DNA from: an uncultured Nitrososphaeraceae archaeon
GTDB taxonomy: Archaea > Thermoproteota > Nitrososphaeria > Nitrososphaerales > Nitrososphaeraceae
Assembly: GCA_963837175.1 (NCBI GenBank)
Contig: CAWIMJ010000057.1
Location: 96,001-160,000, forward strand
Length of the DNA: 64,000 nucleotides
Direction of reading: 5' to 3'
The notes below the pieces were generated by a model. It was given only the letters and a program-made list of their open reading frames with translations, was not told the origin of the DNA and did not search any database. Positions 44,042-55,652 of the stretch are shown piece after piece (positions within the stretch are counted from its first letter, which is position 1; each line of letters opens with the position of its first letter). The translations under genes and the position numbers were made by a program.

Positions 44042-44139
44042 GCCGGGGTCGCCTAGTCTGGAAGGGCGCAAGCCTGGAATTCCCACTAGTCAGCTTGTGA
44101 CCTGTAAAGGTCCCGAGGGTTCAAATCCCTCTCCCGGCG
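44042..44139 (+). tRNA. tRNA-Ser(GGA) with a 12-nt intron at 37/38 (44080-44091)
   Basis: Acceptor GCCGGGG/TCCCGGC, anticodon arm CAAGC-CT-GGA-A..A-GCTTG, long variable arm GACC/GGTC, T arm; helix CTGG/CTAG. Confidence 0.93.
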
Positions 44140-44435
44140 TCTCAATACCTGCTTTCACTTCGACATGCTCTACGGATAAAGAATGATAATTCCTAAGAAA
44201 GGTCAATCTAATAATCAAAGGTTTAGAACCATGATATGCTAAGCTTCAGTAAATATATCAAAAGAAACGCTATTGCTATTATGAATTTTATATTAAATAC
44301 CAAAATAGAGATTAACCTTTCAGATAATCGATTTTATTTATACTATTACTATCATAGCAGTGCCGCTAAAGTGAAGTATAAATCGTCAAAGGCAAATAAG
44401 AACCATGCAGAATGATTATTTTTAATCTCCTGATT

Positions 44436-44681
44436 TCATATTTCTTCATCAATCTGTTCGAATGATGTAGCTTTAGAAATTTCATGTAAACGCATAACGC
44501 AGGTCCTATCGTACTCTTTTTGATTGATTATGCCTTTTTCGTCAAGCATTTCTATAAGTGTTGTGAGCCGAGCGCTAATTTCTTCCGAAGGTGTTAATTC
44601 CTTCCCTGTAATTTTTTTAAACGATCCTGGGCCTTCGATACTAGTATCTTCGCTCCTCGCGTGTCTTCTATTTGATCGCAT
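44436..44681 (-). CDS. Small hypothetical protein
   Basis: ATG start; RLTTLIEMLDEKGII..EYD helical motif. Confidence 0.7.
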   Translation of the reverse strand: MRSNRRHARSEDTSIEGPGSFKKITGKELTPSEEISARLTTLIEMLDEKGIINQKEYDRTCVMRLHEISKATSFEQIDEEI

Positions 44682-45139
44682 ATATATCTAAGCAGTTAAA
44701 CGTAATATATTCCAAGGTTCTGCTTAGCATATCCACATTCCTTTGGTAACGTTGGTAAAAAAAATTAAAGCTGATATATAATAAAGATAACATGATGAAA
44801 AGTAATCAAAAATAATAAATAATAACAATTGTGCTCTATTCGTGATCGTGGGATCTTAATTGTAAAGTTTGTTATCAGTTTATTTAGTTATGATTTGCTT
44901 ATAATATTGTATTAAGATCAGATCATGTAAGATTATGTAAACAAATATAGATACAATAAGAAATTATTGATGCTTTAGAACAATACAAATTCTCATGCGC
45001 CAGCCAGCACTCATTGATTCAAGTTGTATTGCCATGGATGGAAAATAACAAAGTTGGTCAAGGAATTGTAGGTATTTTCAATTATTAAGCTATAACTTAG
45101 CTTTAAATAGAGTTAATACATTTCAGCCGTTGTTGATCA

Positions 45140-46597
45140 ATGTCATTATTTAGCCCAGATTACGATATTATTGTTGCTGGTGGCGGTCTCGCCGGCATGA
45201 TAGTTGCATCCTCTGCAGCTCATTATTCGAAGCAATCACTTCGAATCCTAATCATAGATAGAAATAATTTATCTAGCCTGGGAAAAAAAACCCTGTCAGG
45301 ATGGATATGCGGTGATGCTGTGGGTAAAAACAGCGTTGAATATATGTCAAGTAGGATAGGAATTGAATGGAAATACCCAGAAATTGAACATCCTGTAAAG
45401 GGAGTAATTGCATATTCTCCAGATCATAGAACTGCCATTTCTTTTGATGGAGAAGGTTATATTCTGAATAGAAAGCTTTTACCACAGAAACAGATGAAAG
45501 ATGCAGTAAAAGCAGGTATAGAGGTCAGAGAACAAGTCACATTACGTTCCTTGATCGTAGAAAACAATAATGTGATAGGAGTAGAAGGTGATGATACCTT
45601 TAACAGATCTTTATTCAGAAAGACTGCTAAAATTGTTGTCGATTGTACTGGAGTTACTTCAGTTCTGAGGAATAATTTAGCAATTAAATCATATATTCAA
45701 CGAAGAATTGATAGGGATGACCTAGAAGCCACGGGTCGCTATATCTATAATTTCGACGTTGCAGATCATGACAATACATTCTTTGATCCTGACTACTGCA
45801 TAATCCATTTAGATCAAAAACTAGCCCCTGGGGGATACGGTTGGGTCTTTCCGAAAGGTAAAGATAAAGCTAACATTGGTCTAGGCGTACAGCAAAAAGC
45901 ATTCGAAAGGCATAACAAGGAGACTGGAATACATAAGGATCTTAAAAGACTAATAGATGAATATGTGAAAATTAATCCTGTAATTGCTAACCCAAAAATT
46001 GCTGACTCAGAAATGGATGAAGGGAATGCCTGGGGAACCTGGCAGGTTTCAGTAAGAAGACAGAATGATTGCATGGTTGCAAATGGATATATGCTCGTAG
46101 GAGATTCTGCGTGGATGCCAAAACCACTGGATGCAGGCGGAATAGGACCTGCTATTATAGCTGCTACAATTGCTGGAAAAGAAGCAGTAGACGCGATTGA
46201 AGCTGAGGATGTCACAGAAAGAGGTTTATGGAAATATAATAAGAATTATGTTAATGACTACGGATATAAGACCGCTGGACTTGAAGTATTCCGTCGAATG
46301 TTACAAGGCTTAACAAATGAACAGATTGATTATGGTATGAAACATTTCCTGTCTAAAATGGACATTGATAAAATCACAAATGGCGAACATCCTCAGTTTA
46401 CGAGTCTGGATAAATTAGGTATGATTATACGAGGAGGAATGAACAAAAGCTTGGCCGATTGTCTAAAATTTACTGCTGGTATGAATGAAAAATTGGTAGA
46501 GCATTATCAGAACTATCCCTCAGATCCTGAGGGATTTCCAAATTGGCAACAGGTTCTAAATGGCCATCTCAAGGAAGCATTTATCAAGTTTAAGTAG
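45140..46597 (+). CDS. Geranylgeranyl reductase family flavoprotein (DGGGPL reductase-like)
   Basis: GGGLAG Rossmann motif, ICGDA, PGGYGWVFP, LVGDSA..PKPLDAGGI. Confidence 0.85.
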   Translation: MSLFSPDYDIIVAGGGLAGMIVASSAAHYSKQSLRILIIDRNNLSSLGKKTLSGWICGDAVGKNSVEYMSSRIGIEWKYPEIEHPVKGVIAYSPDHRTAISFDGEGYILNRKLLPQKQMKDAVKAGIEVREQVTLRSLIVENNNVIGVEGDDTFNRSLFRKTAKIVVDCTGVTSVLRNNLAIKSYIQRRIDRDDLEATGRYIYNFDVADHDNTFFDPDYCIIHLDQKLAPGGYGWVFPKGKDKANIGLGVQQKAFERHNKETGIHKDLKRLIDEYVKINPVIANPKIADSEMDEGNAWGTWQVSVRRQNDCMVANGYMLVGDSAWMPKPLDAGGIGPAIIAATIAGKEAVDAIEAEDVTERGLWKYNKNYVNDYGYKTAGLEVFRRMLQGLTNEQIDYGMKHFLSKMDIDKITNGEHPQFTSLDKLGMIIRGGMNKSLADCLKFTAGMNEKLVEHYQNYPSDPEGFPNWQQVLNGHLKEAFIKFK

Positions 46598-46739
46598 TTT
46601 AAATCAGCTGTATGAAGTATTGAATATTATGACATGATTTTTATTCAACGATTGCGTTGTGTGTATCTGAATATTAAGTTCTAGAAAGCAATTCGTCTGC
46701 AATTAAAAAAGGTGAAATAATTATTATACAATAATACTC

Positions 46740-47366
46740 TTATTTAAAAAATTCCTTTTGTAAATTGTCGACAGCTTTTATCATTATTGCTCGCCTGGTT
46801 TCCTCAGTAATGACTGCCCTGATGTCTTCAATGAGCATTTTTGATATATCCAATTTTCTCCTTAGACCGGGTATTAAATTATCATAGACTGCAAAGGGGT
46901 AAACTATGCTATAGAGATCTTGCATTATAGTAAATAACTTTATAGCATCCTCAGCTTTTCCTACTCTCATCCTGTCATATACCATTCGTTTTACTTCACC
47001 AATGCAGTCTAACAATCCTGTCAGATAGGATGAACCTAATACATTTAGTTCTTTTTTACTTGGTAACAATGATTCTTCAACAATGGACTTCAGCACGTAT
47101 GCCTCTACGAATTCTTGTTCAGCTACAGCAATGTACTTATGCAGATCTGTTTTTGCGTACTCTTTAAATTTATCTAGCATCACCTTCGCCTGAGATATTT
47201 TATCACGTGCATCATCCATTTCATTGTTGTGCAAGGCGATGATCGATTTACTACAGAGCATAACTATATCACGTGTATTTTTGATTAAGATCTCTCTTCG
47301 TTCTTCGACATTTTGAAGCTCTCCATTTATTTGATCAAGTGAGCTATGAACATTTTTAAACGACAT
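46740..47366 (-). CDS. Translin/Trax-family protein
   Basis: RRE..IK..RDI...SKSII.LH, QEFVEA, YLTGLLDCIGE.KR, LRRKLD. Confidence 0.88.
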   Translation of the reverse strand: MSFKNVHSSLDQINGELQNVEERREILIKNTRDIVMLCSKSIIALHNNEMDDARDKISQAKVMLDKFKEYAKTDLHKYIAVAEQEFVEAYVLKSIVEESLLPSKKELNVLGSSYLTGLLDCIGEVKRMVYDRMRVGKAEDAIKLFTIMQDLYSIVYPFAVYDNLIPGLRRKLDISKMLIEDIRAVITEETRRAIMIKAVDNLQKEFFK

Positions 47367-47562
47367 AACTACGTTTACAAAGAATTCAATAAAGACTTTG
47401 CCATTATGATGCTATCTGAGGGATATGCAAAATAGGAGTGTGGCGAAGCTACAGTGACAGTAAGTCACACTATTTAGATGATGAAAATTTGTCTGTTAAA
47501 TAAGGATTGAGTATAATAGATATCCAAAAAATTTAAACATATATACTGAGAGAATGTTTTGA

Positions 47563-48147
47563 TTGAGGAATATTCGTCGAAGTAGAGGTTATAGTTATGA
47601 ACACACTCTCGTTCAGAGATTAAACACGGAGTTGTGGAACGCACGACGATTAGGTGGGTCTAGTATAGGATTACCGGATGTCATCGCTGTTAACAATATA
47701 GAAGCCATATTGTTATCAATAGAAGCAAAATCGGGAACAGGGGACGCCTTATACGTTCCATCTGATCAAATTAACAGATGCTTGCAAATCCGGGACATGT
47801 TCAGCTTTTACAAATCAAGACACGCAATTTTGGCATTTAAATTTATGAGGAAAAAAAGATTTAAGCGGAAAGGTCAGATTGTTTATGAACAACGAAAACT
47901 TCTGGAATATTACAAAATTGCAGACAAGCTCGAGAAAATGACTGATATGACGATGATAAAATGTACATACCAAGGCAAAACGTTCTTTATTCGTGGCAGT
48001 CAATGTATAAAATTAAATCTACCTAATTATACCATGCCTTTTCAAAAAGTCATAGGAACTGAGTTAAAAAACTTGGTTTGTAATAAATCTCTATTAAAAA
48101 GTCGCAGAGGGAGAACTTTTATGTCACCCTATTCTCCTCTATCTTGA
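47563..48147 (+). CDS. Hjc-like PD-(D/E)xK nuclease
   Basis: RGYSYE, LPDVIAV, IEAKS. Confidence 0.75.
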   Translation: MRNIRRSRGYSYEHTLVQRLNTELWNARRLGGSSIGLPDVIAVNNIEAILLSIEAKSGTGDALYVPSDQINRCLQIRDMFSFYKSRHAILAFKFMRKKRFKRKGQIVYEQRKLLEYYKIADKLEKMTDMTMIKCTYQGKTFFIRGSQCIKLNLPNYTMPFQKVIGTELKNLVCNKSLLKSRRGRTFMSPYSPLS

Positions 48148-48159
48148 GCGAGCAAATGG

Positions 48160-48834
48160 ATGAAACCTATTACATCAGATCAAATGTATAGGATTGAAGA
48201 TAATAGTCACAACCTAATTGGAATGCAACGTGTTTACATGATGGAGAACGCTGGACATGGAATAGCTGATTTTATAGTTAACAAATTCAAGACTAAACTA
48301 AAAGATAAGAAAATAGTTGCTCTATGCGGGACAGGAAATAATGGTGGTGATGGATTCGTCGCGTCGAGACATTTAACATCTTATCATGCTTCTGATATAA
48401 GTGTAATATTGATTGGACTTCCATCCTTTATACGGAGTGAAGAGGCTGATATTAACTGGAAAATACTTGAAAAAATGGATTCAATTAAAGTCATTTTTGG
48501 AAAAGATCTAAACGAAGATATTAAAGCCAAAATCACTAAAGCTGACATTATCATTGATGGCATTTTTGGGACGGGAATAAGAGGAAAAATTCGTTATCCT
48601 AACAATCATGCTATTGACCTTATTAATTCATCAAGAGCTTATATTGTGTCTATTGATGTTCCTTCCGGACTTGATCCAAACACAGGACAAGTACATGAGA
48701 AATGTGTCAAAGCTGATGCTACGGTTACTTTCCATAGAATGAAAAGGGGATTGCTAAGGAACAAAAAATTTACAGGAATTATTCATATAGAATGTATAGG
48801 CATACCACCGGAAGCGGAGAGAGGAGTACTTTAA
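48160..48834 (+). CDS. nnrE: NAD(P)H-hydrate epimerase (YjeF N-terminal domain)
   Basis: MMENAG, GTGNNGGDG, DGIFGTG, DVPSG. Confidence 0.93.
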   Translation: MKPITSDQMYRIEDNSHNLIGMQRVYMMENAGHGIADFIVNKFKTKLKDKKIVALCGTGNNGGDGFVASRHLTSYHASDISVILIGLPSFIRSEEADINWKILEKMDSIKVIFGKDLNEDIKAKITKADIIIDGIFGTGIRGKIRYPNNHAIDLINSSRAYIVSIDVPSGLDPNTGQVHEKCVKADATVTFHRMKRGLLRNKKFTGIIHIECIGIPPEAERGVL

Positions 48835-48841
48835 TATCTAC

Positions 48842-49462
48842 ATGAAAGTCATTCAGTTTCTGGTGGGTCAGATGGCAAATTTTACATACATTCTTGTCGA
48901 CGAGGAGACAGGTGAAGCTCTTGTAATTGATCCATCGTGGGATCTGGAGAAGATATTTTATACATTAAAGAAAAACTCTTGGAAACTCGAATATATAATC
49001 AATACACACAGCCATTTTGATCATGTGTTAGGAAATGAACAAGTAGCTGCAGCGACAGGTGCTAAAATAATTCAGCATAATACATCACCGCTTGAGAAAC
49101 AAATACCAGTAGATGATGGCGAGACTATTAAACTGGGAAAAATACAGATAAGAGTATTATATACGCCGGGGCACTCTAAAGATAGTATATGCCTTGTTGC
49201 AAATGAAGAAATGGTATTTACCGGTGATACATTATTTGTAGGAAATTGCGGTAGAACTGATCTCCCAGGAAGCGATCCTGCCGAAATGTATCATAGTCTA
49301 CTTGATAAAGTTGCAACACTTGATGAATCATTAATTGTGTATCCTGGCCATGACTACGGACCAACTCCCACTTCCACCATTGATGCACAGAAGAAGACGA
49401 ACTATGTATTACAACCTAGATCAAAAAAAGATTTTCTAGCATTTATGGCAAGTGATGATTGA
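48842..49462 (+). CDS. MBL-fold metallohydrolase (glyoxalase II-like)
   Basis: THSHFDH, TPGHS, FTGDTLF, YPGHDY. Confidence 0.9.
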   Translation: MKVIQFLVGQMANFTYILVDEETGEALVIDPSWDLEKIFYTLKKNSWKLEYIINTHSHFDHVLGNEQVAAATGAKIIQHNTSPLEKQIPVDDGETIKLGKIQIRVLYTPGHSKDSICLVANEEMVFTGDTLFVGNCGRTDLPGSDPAEMYHSLLDKVATLDESLIVYPGHDYGPTPTSTIDAQKKTNYVLQPRSKKDFLAFMASDD

Positions 49463-50568
49463 CTATGAATCAGAGAGAATATCTTAATATTTCTTGTTTG
49501 AACCAAAGTAATTTTGATATTCGAAATTTTGGTGTTTATAATCCAATTTTTATCTGCATCATATCTAATACTGAAACAAGTGATATCCCAGGGATCACAG
49601 TTGCAGGTGCGAATACAGAACTTATTAAGTACACTTCAGCAGGAGATTCTGAATACCTTTATTACGGCTATTGTAAATCTATGAATAAGATACCAGTAAC
49701 ACCTGATGGAAAACCAACTCCCGCTGTAATATCAAGAACAGCTTTGCAGCTGGCTGATATTCCATTTTTGGTTGTTGATGCGGGTTCATTTATCAAACCT
49801 TCTATTCCATTTTTTTCGTTTGATTTGAAACCTGGCAAAAATATCATAAATGGAGATGCCGTTGACATTTTTGATGTTAAAAAGGCATATGATTATGGTA
49901 TGATTCTTGGAAGACAACTGGCAAAAAATAATGACTTGACAGTAATAGGAGAAAGTATTCCAGGCGGTACCACGACTGCCTTAGGAGTTTTGACTGCGCT
50001 TGGTATTGATGCAAAATTTAAAGTAAGTAGTAGTATGCCAAGAAATCCTCATGAGCTCAAAAATAGAATCATCGCTGAGTGCATGCAAAAGACAAACATA
50101 AATTTGGATACGTTAAAAAATGATCCTTTCGGCGTCATATCATATTTCGGCGATCCCATGATTCCTTCTGTGGCGGGTATATGCGACGGCGTGATTACTT
50201 CAGGTGGAAGGGTTATGCTTGCAGGAGGAACGCAGATGTCTGCTGTGATTGCTGTTTTAAAAACTCTTAAACGTCCTCTTGATAATGTATCTATTGGCAC
50301 AACTTCATACGTGGCAGATGATATATACTCTAATCTTTATGAACTTGTGATGGCAATATCTCCAGAGGTGCCTATTTACGTAGTAGATCTTCATATGAAC
50401 GAGTCAGAATATGCTGGTTTACAAGCATTTGCGAAAGGATTTATAAAAGAAGGCGTAGGAGCTGGCGGTCTATCAATTGCTGCGTCATTGAAATCCAAAG
50501 GCAGAATTAATGGCTCCATTCTTCTAAAAGCCATAGAACAACAATATCAGTTGACAATTGAACATTAG
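49459..50568 (+). CDS. cobT: Archaeal nicotinate-nucleotide phosphoribosyltransferase CobT (cobamide synthesis)
   Basis: IPGITVAG, GKPTPAVI, GESIPGGTTTA, LAGGTQM, KEGVGAGG. Confidence 0.9.
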   Translation: MTMNQREYLNISCLNQSNFDIRNFGVYNPIFICIISNTETSDIPGITVAGANTELIKYTSAGDSEYLYYGYCKSMNKIPVTPDGKPTPAVISRTALQLADIPFLVVDAGSFIKPSIPFFSFDLKPGKNIINGDAVDIFDVKKAYDYGMILGRQLAKNNDLTVIGESIPGGTTTALGVLTALGIDAKFKVSSSMPRNPHELKNRIIAECMQKTNINLDTLKNDPFGVISYFGDPMIPSVAGICDGVITSGGRVMLAGGTQMSAVIAVLKTLKRPLDNVSIGTTSYVADDIYSNLYELVMAISPEVPIYVVDLHMNESEYAGLQAFAKGFIKEGVGAGGLSIAASLKSKGRINGSILLKAIEQQYQLTIEH

Positions 50569-51113
50569 CTGGCACTAAAATTAAGGCATAGCTGTAAAAC
50601 TTGATTTTCCTATATCTATATAATTTATTCTTTAAATGATCAGTAAGATACCGAATTATATTGATATCTATAATCCCAAAATATTCAGATGTTTGATCTC
50701 AAACAACATGGCTGTATCGTTTTTGAGATATTTAATGAATGTGTGCAGCATATTTGCCGATCATGCTTTTCAATTTATTGTTGAAGCTAAAAGAGATCCT
50801 GAGGTTTGGATGAGAGCTCGATCCTTTGATACAGTTCTGTAGTTTTTTTATATTTTTTATTATTTCTCACATTTCCCATGTGAGGTGTAAGTTTGAAATA
50901 CGATACCTCTAGAATATCCACATTATATATTACGTAAATCGAGCTTTTAGGAGGCTTTCATCGTCTATAATCTAGTGGTTAGTTGAATAATTTTTATTCT
51001 TGAATTTTTCTACAATCATTTTTAAATATGCACAAGGAATAAACTGTATACCTATAGTAATGTAGAGATATATGATATTCTAAAGATATAAGTAAATTGC
51101 TAATTACGATCAA

Positions 51114-52880
51114 CTATTTTACAGTGACAGATTTTGCTAAATTACGTGGATAATCAGGATCCGCCTTTTTCTTCAATGCAAGATAATAAGCTAAAATCTG
51201 TAATGGAATGACCTCTACTAATGGATAGAGATTATCTTTGATTTTTGTTATCTCAATGAAGTGATCATAAACATCGTCAATTTTATCAGAGATCCCTATG
51301 ACCGTCGCTCCTCTTGCTTTTATTTCATAAGCACTAGAAGTAGTACTTGTGTGTGTACTATCTGAAGGATTAATCACTATTACAAAAGTATTTTTTTCTA
51401 CTAGCGCAAGAGGACCATGTTTTATTTCACCAGCTGCTATACCTTCTGCATGAATATATGCCAATTCCTTAATTTTTAAAGCTCCCTCAAGAGCTATAGG
51501 ATAATGTAATGATCTTCCCAGAATGTAAATATCCTTTACATCTCCCATAGTATCTGCTATTTTTGAAATTTTTATTTCCTCATCAAGAACTATCTGTATT
51601 GCCTTGATGATTTCTGATTTGTTTTTAGAAATTCCAACGCAACCATTGCACATTCTGTCTATTATGTTGTAGATAACTGAAAGTTGTCCAGTAAAACTTT
51701 TTGTGGCTGCTACTCCAATCTCTGGACCACAATTTACGCTAAGAAAAGAATCACTGATCCTAGCTAAGGATGAAGTAGGAATATTGACAACTGAAAGTAT
51801 TTTTGATCCCATTTGCCTTGCTATTTTAACAGCGTGCAAAACATCGGCAGTTTCGCCACTTTGAGAAATCGCGATTATCACTGATTTGTCATCCACGGAA
51901 TCAAGCATATACTGAAACTCACTTGACATTATTGTCTCACATCGAATTTTGACGAACCTAGATAACAGGTGCTTCGCAATCAATGCTGAGTGATAACTCG
52001 TCCCACTACCTGTAATGAATACATTTTTCGCATTTGTTAAAATATCACAAAAGCTATGTAACCTTTCATTATTCTGATTCTCAGCTTCAACTATTGTCTG
52101 TATTTGTTCATGAATTTCTTTCAATGTATGGTGTGCGTATTTGCCTTTATTTGTTGCACCTAATTCCCAAGCTACTTGTGTAATCGGGCGCGTAACAGAA
52201 TTGCCATCGAAATTAAATAACTTTAATGTTCTTCCATCCGTAACTACAATGTCCTTATTGTCAAGAAAGATAGCCTTATCTGTATATTCAAGAAATCCAA
52301 GAACATCGCTTGAAATAAAACATCCAGAGTCTATTATTCCAATTATAAGCGGTTCGTCATATCTAGCACCGCTAATAGTGCCATCCTCAAAAATCGCAAC
52401 AAATGCGTAGGTACCGCCTAATTTATTGCATGTTTCTATCATTGCCTGTTTTACGTCTTTGTAGGTTGAATAATTGAGTTCAAGCAAATGGGCAATGACC
52501 TCGCTATCTGTCTGGCTCTTAAATTCGTGGCCAAGACGGATCAATTCTGCTTTTATTTCGTTATAATTCTCGATAATTCCGTTATGAACAACTGCAATAT
52601 CATCGGTACATCCAGAATGTGGATGCGCATTCTTATCAGTAACTCCACCATGGGTTGCCCATCTAGTATGACCTATACCTATTTTACCAGGTAAATGATC
52701 TAAATCTAAAGATTCGGCTACTTCAGCTACCTTGCCAATTCCTTTTCGTATAAGTATTTTACCGCTATTTATAGTAGCGATTCCGACGCTATCATAACCT
52801 CTATATTCCATCCTCTTTAAGCTTTGAACGAGGACAGGAGCTGCAAGTAATGTACCTGTATAACCTATGATCGAACACAC
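51114..52880 (-). CDS. glmS: Glutamine-fructose-6-phosphate aminotransferase
   Basis: N-terminal MC, EYRGYDS, GHTRWATHG, SQSGETAD, PRNLAKSVTV. Confidence 0.97.
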   Translation of the reverse strand: MCSIIGYTGTLLAAPVLVQSLKRMEYRGYDSVGIATINSGKILIRKGIGKVAEVAESLDLDHLPGKIGIGHTRWATHGGVTDKNAHPHSGCTDDIAVVHNGIIENYNEIKAELIRLGHEFKSQTDSEVIAHLLELNYSTYKDVKQAMIETCNKLGGTYAFVAIFEDGTISGARYDEPLIIGIIDSGCFISSDVLGFLEYTDKAIFLDNKDIVVTDGRTLKLFNFDGNSVTRPITQVAWELGATNKGKYAHHTLKEIHEQIQTIVEAENQNNERLHSFCDILTNAKNVFITGSGTSYHSALIAKHLLSRFVKIRCETIMSSEFQYMLDSVDDKSVIIAISQSGETADVLHAVKIARQMGSKILSVVNIPTSSLARISDSFLSVNCGPEIGVAATKSFTGQLSVIYNIIDRMCNGCVGISKNKSEIIKAIQIVLDEEIKISKIADTMGDVKDIYILGRSLHYPIALEGALKIKELAYIHAEGIAAGEIKHGPLALVEKNTFVIVINPSDSTHTSTTSSAYEIKARGATVIGISDKIDDVYDHFIEITKIKDNLYPLVEVIPLQILAYYLALKKKADPDYPRNLAKSVTVK

Positions 52881-54692
52881 ATCTACTTTAAGTTAATATG
52901 ACCCTTAAAACCATTATTAAAGAGAGTTCTATATTATTATAAGTTGGTAGTGATCTTTTACCGCGAGTTGATTCGAAACTGTTTGAATTAAATGCTAATA
53001 TATGCATAATAGTACCATGATAATAATCTAGAATGATGATCTATTTTAATAACAAACCTCTGAAAAAATATATATGAACTGCTATCATTATATTAATATT
53101 TTTAATATTTCCTATATAATATTATAATCTTGATTGTTTATTAAGATTAAAAATTTTATTTCTATATTATTCCAAATATTATAGCTTTTCACAAAAAATA
53201 ATTGCCGGATAGAAACATTCCGCTCATGTATCCATTTTTCTTTATATTTCAATATTTATGTTAGGAGTCATCATTTCATGAAATTTCACTGGCATTAAAT
53301 AGTGATGATGAATTTGTATCAATTATACAAGATATGTTAAATTAATTATTTTTAATTCAAGAATCTTTACTGCCTCATTGGTTTGCTCAAAGCATTTACT
53401 ATTTCCACTATCTTAAGGTACTTCTAGTGCACTATGACTAAATCCCAACCAATCAGTTGCATATTCTAAATCCATGAAAAAGTGCGCGGACTGACTCGGA
53501 TAAGATAACTAGTTTGAAATGTCTTGGATAGGTTTTGGTGCTACTTCTAATTGATAGCTTATAAATTCTCCTATATTATATTTCATACGATGATGATTCT
53601 GCAATTTGCTGAATGCTGGAATAAGTTTATTTCCCCATTTCCCTTACGCTCAAATGAAGCTAATCATTAGAAGCCAGATATTCATATTTTGACTAGGCAA
53701 TATCATATCTTGATAACCCTAGTTGCCGCCAAAACTGCCAATATTGCAAAACTTCTTGCTAATATACAGCATTATGAAATTGCATATCAAGAACTGACGT
53801 GCTAGGTGCAACCTTGTCTGTATTTGCAGCCACAAAATAGGTTTCTGATGGAAAGTAAATTTTGTTTGATAAAACGTTGGCATAGATACGTGAGGAATTA
53901 CAGTAGATATTCTGGGATGATTTATAAGCCAAACGAGGTTGTGCTTTTATATTCACCTTCTTGTTTTATCATTTTTATTATATTTATAATTTTATCAAAT
54001 GGCAAAATTAAATGGAGTCGACGTGATTTTCTGGATAAGCAATTTATTCATAGAATACATAACCGAAACATTCCTTCTAGTTATCGTATTCTCACATCAA
54101 ATCAACTTCTATAATTCCCATTATCAAATATATTGGTCAATATTTTAATCAATTGTTATTCATTCCAATCTCTGATTTTGAATTCCATAATTTTTGGGTT
54201 ATTGTTATATTGATTGGTAACACTTTCAGAGTGTATGCGTATCAGTTTAATTCTATAGCCTTTAGTGCATTATAACTTAATAGTGATAGGTCGCAAGGAA
54301 ACAGTGGCTGTGTACCAACCCATTTATGTAGAAAAAGTACGGGTGTACCATGCTTTTTTGCTGTATTAGTAGAGTATGCAGCTTAATATAATTTTTTTCA
54401 GTTCTGATTTTTACCGTGACTTTGCTTCTAAAACTCCATTAGTTGTCTATCTTGCAGATGACAAATGTAAAATTGCATAATAATCAACATGGTTGTCGAA
54501 GGTAAGACACAAATATGCTTTTGTGATGATTTTATAATAAATGAAAGACCTAAAAGTGTACAGAATGTAGTGGAAATTAAATATCTATTTTAAACGTTCT
54601 ATTTCTTGTTTTCAACATGAAGAGCATTACGGTATGTTATAAGCTACTCTCTTATTGTTACGTCAACAGAGACTGATATCTGCTACTTTGTA

Positions 54693-54953
54693 TTACAGAT
54701 CGATATTGAACAATTGTGGTGCATAAATTGATCCTTCTCTAACTCTCTTAACCTTTGCAACTGAAAGGTAATGGGGCCATATAGTCACCATGATACAACC
54801 CTCCGGAATACCTTCTGGTACTTCGATAATAATAATATCATTTTTATTTACTCCGTATTCGCTCAACTTTTCAATGCTCAGGCTGACCAAATCTTTTGTC
54901 ATCCCACTACTATAAACATATACTTTACCAGTGTAATCGATCTTATTATGCAT
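54693..54953 (-). CDS. Small hypothetical protein
   Basis: Clean 86-aa ATG ORF with protein-like composition. Confidence 0.65.
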   Translation of the reverse strand: MHNKIDYTGKVYVYSSGMTKDLVSLSIEKLSEYGVNKNDIIIIEVPEGIPEGCIMVTIWPHYLSVAKVKRVREGSIYAPQLFNIDL

Positions 54954-55652
54954 AAAGTCCTTTCACCAAATTGGAAACCCAATGTACAGAGGATATTATA
55001 ATTCTTCGTTCAAAAAAAAGAAATTATCTACATCTACATCTTCATTCTCAAATGTGTTCTATTCTATACTACAAAGATCAGGTTTTTTTGGTAGGTTTTA
55101 TAAAGAAAGGCTTATCAATAAATAAATCTTATTTTACAACTTTTTCTATTTGATAAGAGATAAAGAATTTTAATATGGAAAAATTATTGGAAGAATTATT
55201 ATTAACATCTTGGTTGTATCACCTGTATCTTCAAGCATCTTTGTACCATCCTCGATGCAAGAGCTGCGATACCAATCTGCTCTATCGTTATTCATATTTT
55301 TAACGTATATGGAAAAGTAACGGCCTGCCTTCACTTCTCTTTCGCACTTTGCTTGATAGAAATAGTTCTCTTAGCATTGCTTACCTTTGCAGCAAAACTT
55401 TCGATATTCGGCGAGAATTGCCATTAAAACTTACAATAAACCCAATATTACCATTCTCCACACTTAAAGTCTTTAGAAGAAAGCAGTTTTGAAATAATTA
55501 TATAATGTAATGACAGATTCCATTTTTAGGAAACTAGACTAGACTCCTCCATTTTAGTCTGTCGTACTCCGTCTAACTATATTCGGACAAATTCATTGAT
55601 ATTCCTCATTTAATCAGAGCTGCTAATATAGTATCTAATTTCATTCATATGA

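Noticed and set aside
3834-44139. tRNA introns as unusual features
   Set aside because: Both lie at the canonical 37/38 position with BHB-type helices, which is common in this lineage
47431-47474. Hairpin as an archaeal SECIS element
   Set aside because: Inner stem is not GC-rich, no adjacent gene has an in-frame TGA, and Sec usage is not known to me in this lineage
50880-51020. Possible further IS6 relic (DESLLK, MWI) on the minus strand
   Set aside because: Too few motif residues to support without an alignment
55170-55424. Minus-strand Cys-containing frame (CCKGKQC*...WYRSSC) as stop-codon readthrough
   Set aside because: The internal stop is TAA with no recoding signal; at best a decayed small gene
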